Source of the DNA: Octopus bimaculoides
Lineage: Eukaryota
Direction: 5' to 3'
Assembly: GCF_001194135.2 (NCBI RefSeq)
Contig: NC_068983.1
Span: forward strand, 55,711,869-55,760,047
DNA length: 48,179 nucleotides
Notes under the pieces: generated by a model
Database searches by the model: none
What the model was told of the DNA's origin: nothing
What the model saw: the letters and a program-made list of their open reading frames with translations, nothing else
Part shown: piece after piece, positions 22,895 to 34,556 of the stretch
How positions within the stretch are numbered: the stretch's first letter is position 1
Layout of the letters: each line of letters starts with the position of its first letter
Translations under genes and position numbers: made by a program

Positions 22895-23040
22895 CAAATA
22901 ATAACAACAGACGAGGACAGGTGGTGTAAATAACAAAAGTATATATTAGTATGACGCTCGGGAATACGGAAAGTCTTTGACGTTTCGAGCTACGCTCTTC
23001 AACAGAAAGAATACGGAGACAAGGAGAAAAAAAATTGAAT
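22895..23040 (-). mobile_element. Short Penelope-related element copy carrying a hammerhead motif
   Basis: Homologous by eye to 11605-11760 and 1-100. Confidence 0.6.
22974..23010 (-). ncRNA. Minimal type I hammerhead ribozyme fold (A6U core variant)
   Basis: Minus strand TCTTT-CTGTTGA-A-GAGC-GTA-GCTC-GAAAC-GTC-AAAGA. Stem I has 5 bp (TCTTT/AAAGA), stem II has 4 bp, stem III is the loopless palindrome ACGT, and the cleavage triplet is GUC. Confidence 0.6.
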
Positions 23041-23069
23041 AGTATTCAGTCAACGGTCAATCATACATG

Positions 23070-23113
<44 letters not shown>

Positions 23114-23344
23114 CACGCGTACACACAGACAGACACATATGCATATATATAAGCATATGCGTATGTATACATATGTATATATATATATGTATGTGTATAT
23201 ATACATACATACATACATACATGTATAATAATACATAGATGTGTGTATATGTACATGCGTATGTATGCATATGCGTACATACGTGCACTTGTACACATCA
23301 GCTCTGACCTGGATGGGATTGCATATGTGGATCTTATTAAAAAC

Positions 23345-23657
23345 TGCATTTTCTGAATGTTTTACATATTTTGATTGTACCTTTGACAGCTTGTAGATGT
23401 AATCTTCTGATTAGGCATGATTTCTCTGGTTTTGTGAATCACGGCTTCTCAACACTGATAAATGAGGCCGAGTGCTCCAAGTCAGTTAGCCATGTGCTCC
23501 TAGTCACGTAACCATATGCTCCAATAATCATTGGCAAAAATCTAAAATTATAACCGGGATGGAAGTAACTACACATTTCTTATCAGTCTGCCAAAAATAT
23601 TCTCTTTTTCACCATCCTTTAACATTATTTTGGCATCTACGGAGCAGCTGATTTCAA
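23345..23657 (-). pseudogene. C-terminal restriction-like endonuclease (RLE) region of an R2/R4/NeSL-type non-LTR retrotransposon
   Basis: Frameshifted minus-strand segments EISCSVDAKIMLKDGEKENIFGRLIRN, YNFRFLPMIIGAYGYVT and RLHLQAVKGTIKICK fit the RLE pattern (E-x-SCP-x-D..K..EK..Y..L / P-I-I-I-G-A-x-G / ..G.VKI). Confidence 0.65.
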
Positions 23658-24294
23658 ATACATGTATGTATGTATGTATGTATGTATGTATGTATGTATG
23701 TATGTATGTATGTATGAATGTACGTATGTATGTATGCATGTATGTGTATTTGTATATTTATATAGATGCCTGTATCTACATAGAAACACACACATACATT
23801 ATATATTTATATACATATATATATTAATATATGTTCATATAAACACACAACATACATTGTCTATATATAGCTAAATGTATGTATGCATATATATATATAT
23901 GTATGTGTGTATGTATGTATGTATGTATGTATGAGTGTCTATATGCGTGCGTGTGAGTGTGTGTGTGGGGGGTCCCTTTTTTCAGTTTATAGAAAATTTT
24001 GGTTACATTTTACACACAAGCTGCACTCAAACTGCTCGTTTGTGTTCTTATTTAACTGTGAGCTTAGCAGATTCGAAACCGAATCGCTGGACAGCTGTGT
24101 GAATGTCATGTTGATATCACTGTAGTTTTTACGTAGTCCACCGATTAACCGACCAATCAGCGTCGAGTCATTACCCGATTCAACCTTCTTGAACCTTCTA
24201 ACTAGTGTGTACTGTGAAAATAACGTTACGTAGATGCATCGGGACCTCTGTATTTAAGTGGTGCCCCAAAATTGACCTTATGACTCTTAGATAA

Positions 24295-24389
24295 TATTGG
24301 TTTCAAATTTTGGCGCAAGGCCAGCAATTTTAGTTGTTCGATCAACCCCAGCGCTCAACTGGTACTTCTTTTGTCGACCTCGAAAGGAT
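24295..24389 (-). mobile_element. SINE family B fragment ending abruptly at the LTR-like segment
   Basis: TTGGTTTCAAATTTTGGCGCAAGGCCAGC..CGACCTCGAAAGGAT stops at 24389. Its continuation was not found downstream. Confidence 0.8.
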
Positions 24390-24390
24390 C

Positions 24391-25261
24391 TGTAGTGAAA
24401 CCACCTCTCTCAGTTATTTATTTACAAATGCGAACGTAGCAGATAACATCTATCTCTTTCCCGCCTTGGACCCTGCTGTCCATCACCCTCACTTACTATT
24501 ATTTGCGCGGCATTTGTCTCCAGTTCTGTTTCGCGCCAGGGTGCATACCGACCAATCGTGGCCATCTAATAAGGTCACGTGACAGAGGGTTTTTCTAATG
24601 TTTCTGGAGCCTCTCTGTACCTATAAATAGCCTGTTTTATACGCGTCAGTTTGTCGCGGCTACAAACCTTTTGAGGTCTGGTCGTTGACCACGTAACACT
24701 ATCCAGCCAGTTTCCAGCGACGAAATCAACATTATCGTTCAACTGTTTACTACAAGCTTCGCCAACGTCAACACGACTATTCTACGTACACAAGCTACCA
24801 ACAGCAACCGCAGCTTGTGTGAATTGTTTCACCACGAAATAACAGCCAGAATTCGACACCTGCGAGAAACCATCTGTATCAAGTAGCCCGGCCCGGCATA
24901 GAAGCCTCAACTGCACGACAAGTGACTTAGCTTTGCCTCAACGCTTCAACCTCTTATATACAGACTTTCAAACTACTGTGTACCTTAACTGAGAACTGGT
25001 ATTTCTTATCCGTGTTACAGACTCTTTTCTATGCTCTTGCATTCACATACATATATTTGTATACACACTCTTTGTTTACATGACGGCCTGTCTTATATTG
25101 TGTTTTATTATGTCGCATTCACGCTCATACAGACATTCTAGTTGACAACCAATAAACCTTACTGATATACATCTTTACCGGTTGAGTCATCTCTATCATT
25201 TCCTTGCTGGCAAATTCCTCGCATTTCACATGCGAATTCTCTATGTTATAGTATTATAACA
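24391..25261 (+). mobile_element. LTR-like segment (probable solo LTR) with Pol II promoter and poly(A) signals
   Basis: Starts TGTAGTG. Contains CCAAT 24552, GTCACGTGAC 24574-24583, TATAAATA 24622-24629, Inr-like TCAGT 24646 and AATAAA 25151. Candidate ..CA ends lie at 25230, 25261 and 25263. No TSD or PBS was confirmed. Confidence 0.5.
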
Positions 25262-25269
25262 CATATTAT

Positions 25270-25508
25270 ATTTTTGTGTCGACCGTGCGACGCGTTAAAA
25301 GGAGCCTGTTTCCATTCGTCACCATTCTCCTTTGGTTCTCACGGTCGTTTCTCTACAGATCAAAGACAAAGTGGACTGTGATAGTCGGATTTAAGTTACC
25401 TATTTGTATCTTAAAACCCTTCTTTATTATTCGTCATATAACGCTGTACAACTTATTAATCTTGAGCCATGTGTTATTGATATTAACTAACGATTATCAA
25501 ACTCTCAG
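25270..25508 (+). other. Candidate non-coding first exon of the micro-exon gene
   Basis: CpG-rich start (GTCGACCGTGCGACGCG), donor CTCAG|GTAAAT at 25508/25509, and position ~1.7 kb before the onset of CpG depletion. The exon start is approximate. Confidence 0.35.
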
Positions 25509-26371
25509 GTAAATCTCGTGGTCTCACACAGAGATTTAGAGGGAGAGAGGGACCTGGTAGGCAGCCATGGCCATTTCTCTTAAGGTGTTACCTGAAAATC
25601 AAGCACAGAACTGTCAATATACGACGCGAATCCTCTTGTTTGGAAATCCATGTAATTTACCATAATAAATCTCTTACAGTTTTTCTGTGAGTCTTACATA
25701 ACATCGACCTCAGCAGAATTGTGCTTCTTAGATAATATTATTTCGGTTAACATCTAATCAGTGACGTTAAAATTAATTAAGCATTTCATGTTTTATCTTG
25801 AATTTAGGTTCCTTCGACCCTACTTTTTTCTCCTCCCTCCCTTTCCTTTCTGTCCCTTATTCCTCCTCTCTCCCTCTTTTTCTTTCCCTGTATGTTTAGT
25901 TTCTTGGTCTGTCGCTGTCCTTCCCTTACTCTCCCACCCGCGCTCTGTCTTTTTCTCTCTCTCTTGGAGTCTGTCACTGGTTGTAGTCATTAACAGACCA
26001 TACGTATTCCACGTTTGTTTTTAAAGATATATCGCATAGGCTCGCCAACTATTTGGTCCACTCCTACTTTTGTTTTACAATGCAAAACGTGAAATATACG
26101 TCTGACGTCAGCTTGGCGCTTATTATCTCAAATAAATCTCGTATTCGTTTATTTGTTTCATGTCAATGAACTCTGACCACGCTGAGGCGCCGGCTTGGAG
26201 GGTTTCGTTGACCACATCTACTCTGATATTCACTTTCAAGCCTGATACTTACTATATCGGGTCTCTTTCTACCGATCTGCTAGATTACAGTGCTGTAAAA
26301 AGACTACAGTTGTAAATCAGTGAGACATAAATAAACATGAATATACACACATGCATACATTATATGTTAGG

Positions 26372-26668
26372 GTAAACGGCTCACGGTCGTAAGGTCGTGA
26401 GTTCGACTCCCAGCGGAGCGATGTGTCAGTGAGCAAGACTCTTTATTTCACATTGCTCCAGTTCACTCAGCTGGCAAAACTGAATTGTACCTGTACTTCA
26501 AAAGGCTGGTCTTGTCACATGCTGTCACACTGAATCTCCCTGGAAACTATATTAAGGGTGCACAAGTCTGTAGAGTGCTCAGCCACTTGCACGTTAAGCA
26601 CACGCGCAGGCTGTTCTGTGGATCGGATCAGCTGGAACCCTTGTCATCGTAATCAACGGTGTGCCACC
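26372..26668 (+). mobile_element. SINE family C-like copy (variant head)
   Basis: Box B GAGTTCGACTCCC. The 3' body GTCACACTGAATCTCCC..TTAAGGGT..GAGTGCTCAGCCACTTGCACG is shared with 17025-17379. Confidence 0.8.
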
Positions 26669-26744
26669 ACATTATATGCACACATACACACACGTAGATG
26701 TTTATGCATTTTAAGCAATATTCGTTGTATTGTGATATACTCAT

Positions 26745-26955
26745 CACCATTTAACGTCTCTGTTTCCATACCGGCATGGGTTGGACAGTTCGATATGAAT
26801 TGACGAGCCTGGGGCCTACATCGAGCTCTAATGCCTGCTTTGACGTGGTTTCTACAGTTGGATGCGCTTCCTAAAGCAAACCATTTCATAGTGGGTACTG
26901 GACACTTTTTCGTGGCACAAGCACTGGTGACGTCACCAAGCACTCGCAAAACAAG
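26745..26955 (-). mobile_element. Short retroposon family D (3' tail ..GTTAAACGATGATGAT)
   Basis: Shares TTTAACGTC..TTTCCAT..GGCATGGGTTGGAC..TTTCTACAGCTGGATG with other copies at 34250-34420 (+), 36538-36595 (-), 39187-39378 (-), 43735-44065 (+) and 44135-44330 (-). Confidence 0.8.
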
Positions 26956-27337
26956 ACCCCTCAGCTGATTGGAGTATAGTATAGATAGAGGGATAGGAAA
27001 GTATGATAGAGAGGGAGAAGCAGAAGATATGGCTTCCTCTCCGGAAAGAAAGAGAGAGATGTGAGGTCAAGGTACAAGGTGAATATGAGAGAAACAATGG
27101 AATAGAAAGAGGAGCAGAAAAATGGGTGTACTAGAATAACAATAATATAAAATGCAAACACATACACATATAAAACAAAAGGAATTATTCCATAATAAAA
27201 TACAAAAAAAAATTAATTAATTAATTAATTAATGAATAAATAAAGCAAGTCTGAGTTTTTGGTTTAAATTATTTAATAACAGAAGTTACACTTTGTTTTG
27301 TTTTGTCTATTTTTGTTTGTTTGTTTTTATAACAAAG

Positions 27338-27353
27338 GCTAAGTATGTAGATG
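27338..27353 (+). other. Candidate micro-exon (16 nt): either 5'UTR or coding AKYVD(V)
   Basis: Long poly-T tract then AACAAAG|GCTAAGTATGTAGATG|GTATAA. It is in frame with the next exon. Confidence 0.35.
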
Positions 27354-27600
27354 GTATAACATCCGAAGGAGCAAACCTTTAATGAAGAGGAGTTGGAGAA
27401 CTGGGGAAAGGGGTCACTAAAATAGAATGAAACCCAGAAAATCTGGTAAATGAAAATATGAAAGGAAATAAATAAGTCAATAACTAATTTTATTTGCTTA
27501 AGTTTGGTCTCTAGTTCTGTAAACTAATAGCAAATATATTAATATATTGTTAGAATACATTTTTTTGCAAATCAATAATTTTTTTTTGGTTTTGATAAAG

Positions 27601-27645
27601 TACTTAAAAAGTACAAGCTGGACATGGAGGAAACTTTATTTACAG
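27601..27645 (+). CDS. Micro-exon (45 nt) of an unidentified gene: LKKYKLDMEETLFT(G); ATG at 27624 in strong context
   Basis: TTTTTTTTGGTTTTGATAAAG| acceptor, CAG|GTAATT donor, and GACATGG Kozak-like context. The phase-1 end matches the only open frame of exon 32183. Confidence 0.55.
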
Positions 27646-27858
27646 GTAATTTTTTCTCAAGTATCTAGAGTTTTTTGGGGTTTCATCTTTTTTTTTTTAA
27701 CAGTTTCGAAATCACATAAAGCTTATAATTGTCATCATCGAATTAAAGAATATGCAGGAGATCAAATTCCAGAATATCTGTGACCTAATTCCAACATTTA
27801 GGTGAACTGAGGCACAGAGAATTCAACACCTTGTCATAAAAATACATTGAAATTCTTG

Positions 27859-28300
27859 CAATAGATTTGAACTCATGATCTATTAATTAACAGGCCAATA
27901 TTTTATCCACTCAACTATTCCATCATGATTTTTAATCAAAACAAAAATTAAAATTTAAGAAAAATCTTCTCATAGATAACAAGGATCCTTAACAACTAGC
28001 AATAGATTTGAACTTGCGATTTATAATTTAATAGGCCAATATTTTACCCACTCAACTATTTCATTGCAATCTTTAGTTTTAAAAAAAACTAAAATTTAAA
28101 ACATCCTCTCACAGATTACAAAGATCCATAACAACTAGTGATACATTTAAACTCATGATCTATAGATTAATAAATCAATTTTTTTTATCCACTCAACCAT
28201 TTCATCTTGATCAATTTTTTAAAAAGTTAGAATTCAAAATATCCTTTCATAGATTATAAAGAACCATAAGAACTAGCATTTAGCTTTGATCTCTTGGTGT
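27859..28300 (-). repeat. Tandem array of ~140-bp units, each with a tRNA-like box A/box B head
   Basis: Unit starts at 27859, 28000, 28139 and 28277 (partial). Minus strand reads TAGTTGAGTGG..CTGTTAA..GAGTTCAAATC. A further degenerate head lies at ~28445-28510. Confidence 0.8.
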
Positions 28301-29707
28301 TAAGCAGATTAAAAATACTTCTGCTTCCCAAATCAGAGACAATTCTATCACAACATCTAATTAGCTAGATAAACAAGAATATATAAATTTAGTAGTTTTG
28401 TATTTAATTATTTTACTTTTTTTTTCTAAATACACAACAAAACTCCTAGCGTGAATTTGATCCCAAGACCTACAATTTAGTTGTTTGGTTTCTTATACTC
28501 TCAGCTTTTTATGTTCTAACTTGATCATATATTGTTTATATATACATATTGTATTTTTAAGATGCTATCTAAATTAAAATGCAATGGAAATATTATATTT
28601 CTCTGATTGGTTATGATTAAATGACTTCTGGTGCTATTATGTAATATCTATTGCATAATACAAAACACTAAATCATCCCTACCATCCATACCTATAGTCA
28701 TGATGTTTCATTGGTCACCTGAAAGCTGTTGAAACAATTGTAAACCATGGATTAAATGTAATGCCATAAGCTCCACTTGTTACATTATTATTATTATTAT
28801 TATAAATACATACAAATGATATGATGGTTGTTCACTCATGACCAAGAAAGACCTACACTGACCATTGCCCATGCAAAATGCCAGCAATGCCTGTGTATTA
28901 AGTTGTTACACCAGCAGTCAGCTTCACTTGGGTTTGCGTCTGCAGAATCCATGCTTGCCGCGGCGCCTTCTTATTTGACAAGGCATCAGATAGTTGTCCT
29001 GCTGGCGATTGCCCAATCTAAAATTTTAGATCCAATACGGCTTGCACAGCAGCTCATAGACCCTCTGCCCACTAGTGACATGATTCAAAGAAAAAGCTAG
29101 GGCAGATATCCAGTGCAAATATGGGTCACAGGCCCAGGAATGAGGGAGCACCATGACCTTAACCACAAGCAGAAGATCCCCAAAATATTCAATGCCGTTC
29201 CTGGCATATATGGTTTTATATCATACATCTATCTACATATCTTTCTATATAAACTTAGTAATTTACAATGAATTTTTCCATGTGTGATTGATCAGGATAT
29301 TTTGTGTTGGAACGATTGTTTTTATAGTTCAATGGCTCTGGTAATGGCTCAGCATTCAACCATAAATTAATGAGTGGAACCTTTCAAACAAACTGAAAGA
29401 AAGAAATCCATTTCTCTAGCTGAATGGCAATGGCAATGTTGGTAAAATAAGGTTTTGACCAGGAAATTAAATATGGCTCATGGATTTGGTAGGCCAAAAA
29501 GTTATCACTACTACACCACAACATACATAATAATAATAATGATAATAATAATAATGACATGAATCATCAAGTTTATGAGCAACAGGAATTGAGATGTTGC
29601 GATGTCCATGAGTTTCCCAACGATATATTGATAATATAATTGAAGCATTTCCAACTGAGAAGTGAAAATAAAGTGCAAACTTACTCACCAATACATTATT
29701 ATTATTA

Positions 29708-29749
<42 letters not shown>

Positions 29750-30229
29750 TTATTTTTATTATTCTTGTTGTTGTTGTTTAAATCCTGATTTTGCTTTCCA
29801 TTCTCCCAGGGTCAATAAGACAAGTACCAATCAAGTACTGAGGTTGGCAGAGTCATCTGTTCCAACGCCGAGAAACATGTAGGATTTCTTCACAAGCAGA
29901 AAGCCCCAAACATGTAATTGCAAGCATTATAGAATGAATTGGTACATATTTATTAAACCCAGATGCATCAAATGCAAAGTCAACTTTGGCAAGATTTGAA
30001 ACCACAACGTAAAGGTAAATATCTAAATAATATAAGGCATTTTCGTCTGATACTAATGTTTCGTCAATTGATCATAATGAAATATTAATACCATATATAT
30101 ACTCATATTATAAGTCTTGTTTACATTAATAATATTTTAGCTTCAGTCTTTCATCATCATCATCATCAACCCCTGGATATTATGTCACGTGTCCCAGGAC
30201 TCACAAGGCTACTTACCCAGTTTCACTGG

Positions 30230-30425
30230 AGTAAAGTGACTGAGATCACAACATTCCTCCTGGATGGGATGCTAGTCCATCACATGGTTACTCATTTACA
30301 GCTGAGTGGACTGGAGCAAGGTGAAATGAAGCATTTTGGCCAAGAGCACAATTCGCTGCTTGGTTTGGGAATTGAACCCATGATTGCTAGATCATGAGTG
30401 CAACGCTGTAACCACCAAGCTATGC
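30230..30425 (-). mobile_element. tRNA-headed SINE, family E
   Basis: CAGCTGAGTGGACTGGAGCAAGGTGAAATGAAG..CAAGAGCACAA..GGAATTGAACCCATGAT..TAACCACCAAGC. A related copy lies at ~14120-14250. Confidence 0.75.
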
Positions 30426-32182
30426 ACACAGACACACACACATATATATATCTACATACATACACTCACACACGTGTGACTGCATAGTAAGAAGTTTGCT
30501 TCCCAACCACATGGGTCTGGGTTCAGTCCCACTAGGACAAATGTTTTCTACTATAGCCTTGGGCTGACGAAAGGCTCACGAGTGCATTTAGTAGGTGGAA
30601 ACTGAAAGAAGCCTGTTATATATATGTATGTGAGTGTGCACATGTTTCTGTCCCCTTGTCTTCACATCCTGTGACTGTAGTAAAAGAATGTCATTAATTT
30701 TCTATATTCTGTGAAAACAAGTCTGACCATGGAGAAATGTTACCTTACTTGGAAACAAGCAAGAGTTGGTGACAGAGAGAGCATCCAGTTGTTGAAAATC
30801 TGCCTCAATAAACTCTGTTAGATCCATGTTAGAGTAGAAAGGTGGGCATTAAAATGGTGATGATACACATGTGGCATATTTATACACATGTGGGCTTTCC
30901 TATGTCTGTATTTTATTTTTATTTTTAAAGTAAAAAAATTAACTTATCTACGAGTATAGATGATAATAATCTTTATTTCTACCATTTTCATTAGGATTCA
31001 CATTTAGCAGCCTTGTGTTAATGATAGAAGAAGATATAATTGATCTTAATTCATAAAATACAATTTCATTAGCTGCATTTTACCAACACAGATCGTCATT
31101 AGTTTCCTTCATTCTCACTGCTTATATTTGTTTTATTTACTTGAATGGTTTAATATCAATCCCAGTACATGACTGGTACTTATTTTATCAACTCCGAAAC
31201 AATGAAAGGTAAAGTTGACTCCTATGGGATTTCAATCCAGAATGTAAAGGAATGTAGATAAATATCACAAGGCATTTTGCATTCTTTCATTTTTGCTAGT
31301 TCACCACTTTAAATAATAACAAAAACATTTGTTTTTTTTTTAATTTGGAATGGTGAATCTTGAAGCAGATAGAGCTATGAATAATAGTATATAAATATTG
31401 GGCAAAAATGCCCTTTGGACAGGAAAAGTTGAACGCTGCTCATGAGACTTGAGCTCCNNNNNNNNNNNNNNNNNNNNNNNNNNNNNNNNNNNNNNNNNNN
31501 NNNNNNNNNNNNNNNNNNNNNNNNNNNNNNNNNNNNNNNNNNNNNNNNNNNNNNNNNNNNNNNNNNNNNNNNNNNNNNNNNNNNNNNNNNNNNNNNNNNN
31601 NNNNNNNNNNNNNNNNNNNNNNNNNNNNNNNNNNNNNNNNNNNNNNNNNNNNNNNNNNNNNNNNNNNNNNNNNNNNNNNNNNNNNNNNNNNNNNNNNNNN
31701 NNNNNNNNNNNNNNNNNNNNNNNNNNNNNNNNNNNNNNNNNNNNNNNNNNNNNNNNNNNNNNNNNNNNNNNNNNNNNNNNNNNNNNNNNNNNNNNNNNNN
31801 NNNNNNNNNNNNNNNNNNNNNNNNNNNNNNNNNNNNNNNNNNNNNNNNNNNNNNNNNNNNNNNNNNNNNNATTTGGAATGGTGAATCTTGAAGCAGATAG
31901 AGCTATGAATAATAGTATATAAATATTGGGCAAAAATGCCCTTTGGACAGGAAAAGTTGAACGCTGCTCATGAGACTTGAGCTCCCATCTCCTGTAAACA
32001 TGACAGGAATGGGTTCACGTCTTGTTATACTTACAGATGTGGGTTTCAATTCCACAACCCAATAGTTACATGCTACTATTTATAGCTTTATCTGCTTCCC
32101 CAAAAAATTATTATTTCACGTTCTCTCAAAAGTTTCTAAATTCTTATGGTATCAACAATGTCTTTATTTTATTTTACAACAG

Positions 32183-32210
32183 GTGCAATGCCACAAACTT
32201 TAAATGAACG
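32183..32210 (+). CDS. Micro-exon (28 nt): (G)AMPQTLNE(R)
   Basis: TTTATTTTATTTTACAACAG| acceptor and CG|GTAAGG donor. The other two frames contain stops. Confidence 0.65.
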
Positions 32211-32516
32211 GTAAGGTCGATTTATTCAACCTTAATACTTTAATAGTTCAATTTTAATGCTCTCAGAAGGAAAAAAAGGCAAAGGTGTCTTCGGCAGGAT
32301 TGGAACTCACAAAGTAAAGAGATGTAACTAAAAGACCATAAGACATTTTGTCTCATACTGTACCAATTTTGTAAATTCACTGAGTTCTGCTATTAGATAA
32401 TAATAATAAAACCAACACAAATTAACAGTTGTACAATATTGTTTCTTTTTTGTTTTTTGTCTCATTGTGGTTTAAATGAAAGAGTATGACCATCAGATGT
32501 AAATCAATATGTATTT

Positions 32517-32562
<46 letters not shown>

Positions 32563-32996
32563 GAAAATAAAAATATTTCCAATATGTTCATAATGTGTTT
32601 CGCTTCTAAGAATTTCGTAGTTAGTAAGAAACTAAATTTAAGAAAAAAATTACATATACATAAAATAGAGAGGAACACATACATTCAGAAGCGTAAATAT
32701 GTATAGTTTTATATACATATAAACCTCTGTGTATGTATGTGTGTAAAGTTATATATACATACATATATAGTATAGATGAATTGTATATAATTGTGGTTAC
32801 ATAGTTTCCTTTGGAATTCTGTGGTCCCAGATTCAGTTTCAGGCAAGTTGAAATGCACACAGGGCAGTAGTTGTCTACAATACTATCATAGCCATATGTT
32901 GATGAATGATTAGTGAGTGGAACTTGTCAGATGGAGACAGTGCAGAAGCCCAGCATACATACACACACACATATACATATACATATATATATATTA

Positions 32997-33413
32997 TGGC
33001 ATTCAATCGGTTATGATGACGAGAGTTCCAGTTGATCCGATCAATAGAACAGCCTGCTCGTGAAATTAACGTCCAAGTGGCTGAGCACTCCACAGACACG
33101 TGTACCCTTAACGTAGTCCTCAAGGAGATTCAGTGTGACACAGANNNNNNNNNNGTACCCTTAACGTAGTCCTCAAGGAGATTCAGTGTGACACAGAGTG
33201 TGACAAGGCTGGCCCCTTTGAAATACAGGCACAACAGAAACAGAAAGAAAGAGCGAGAGAAAGATGAGGTGAAAGAGTAACACAGGGTTCACCACCACCT
33301 GCTGGTGGAACCTTATGGAGCTTTTGGTGTTTTCACTCAATAAACACTCACAACACCCCGTCTGGAAATCCTACAACCACAAGTCCACTGCCCTAACCAC
33401 TGGGCCATTGCAC
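32997..33413 (-). mobile_element. SINE family C, full length, with an internal 10-N gap
   Basis: Reverse complement of the 17025-17379 family, ending CCCTAACCACTGGGCCATTGCAC. Confidence 0.9.
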
Positions 33414-33420
33414 TTCCACA

Positions 33421-33470
<50 letters not shown>

Positions 33471-34182
33471 CACATATATATATATATTATACACATATAT
33501 ATGATGCTCACGTATATTACATGTGAGAGACCAAATGAAGGAAAGTAGCACTCAATACATTTAGTTGAAGTTACATGTGCTTAAAAACTGTTTAACACAT
33601 TACCTCATGACTAAAAGTTCTGAGTCAACTGTAATTGATTATATACATATATTATATACTTATACAATCATATATATAACATACAAATACAAACATATAT
33701 ATATATATCAAGATACACACACATATTATATATATACAAACACATACGAACGTACATACGTAAATACACTCACAATATATGCTTTTGTCTGTGTTTATGC
33801 TTATACCCATTTAAAGATGGTATTGTCAATTTTATGCTCTTTATATCCAGTGTCTTACCAGTTCAACAAACAGTGATTGATATAATAGACTAAGCCCTTC
33901 AAAGTAATGCCCCAGTATGGCCAGATTTAAATGAGTGAAACAAGTAAAAAAAAAAAAAACAATGATAAAATATAAGTAATTGTACATGAAACAGAATTTT
34001 ACACAGACACACACACACATGTGTGGCTGAGTGGTTAATATTGAATTTCTTAAACCAAGAGGTTTCAGGTTCAGTCCAACTTTGTGGCAACTAAGGCAAG
34101 TGTCTTCTATTGCAGCCTCAAGACTGATGAAAACCTTGTGAATAGATTTAGTAGAGGAAAACTGAAAGAAAACCATTGTGTA

Positions 34183-34230
<48 letters not shown>

Positions 34231-34504
34231 TACACAATGGTTTTCTTTCAGTTTTCCTCTACTCTCTGAGTGGTTGGCGTTAGGAAGGGCATCCAGCTGT
34301 AGAAACTCTGCCAAATCAGACTGGAGCCTGGTGTTGCCATCCGGTTTCACCAGTCCTCAGTCAAATCGTCCAACCCATGCTAGCATGGAAAGCGGACGTT
34401 AAACGATGATGATGATGATATATACACACATATACATATTATATACATATATATATACATACACACATATACATATTATATACATATATATATACATACA
34501 CATA

Positions 34505-34554
<50 letters not shown>

Positions 34555-34556
34555 CA

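Noticed and set aside
31343-31985. 115-bp exact direct repeat (31343-31457 and 31871-31985) and the ORFs spanning it
   Set aside because: The copies sit exactly on either side of an N-gap, which indicates unmerged contig overlap (assembly artefact) rather than an LTR pair.
33102-33197. 43-bp exact direct repeat inside a family C SINE
   Set aside because: It flanks a 10-N gap and is the same overlap artefact.
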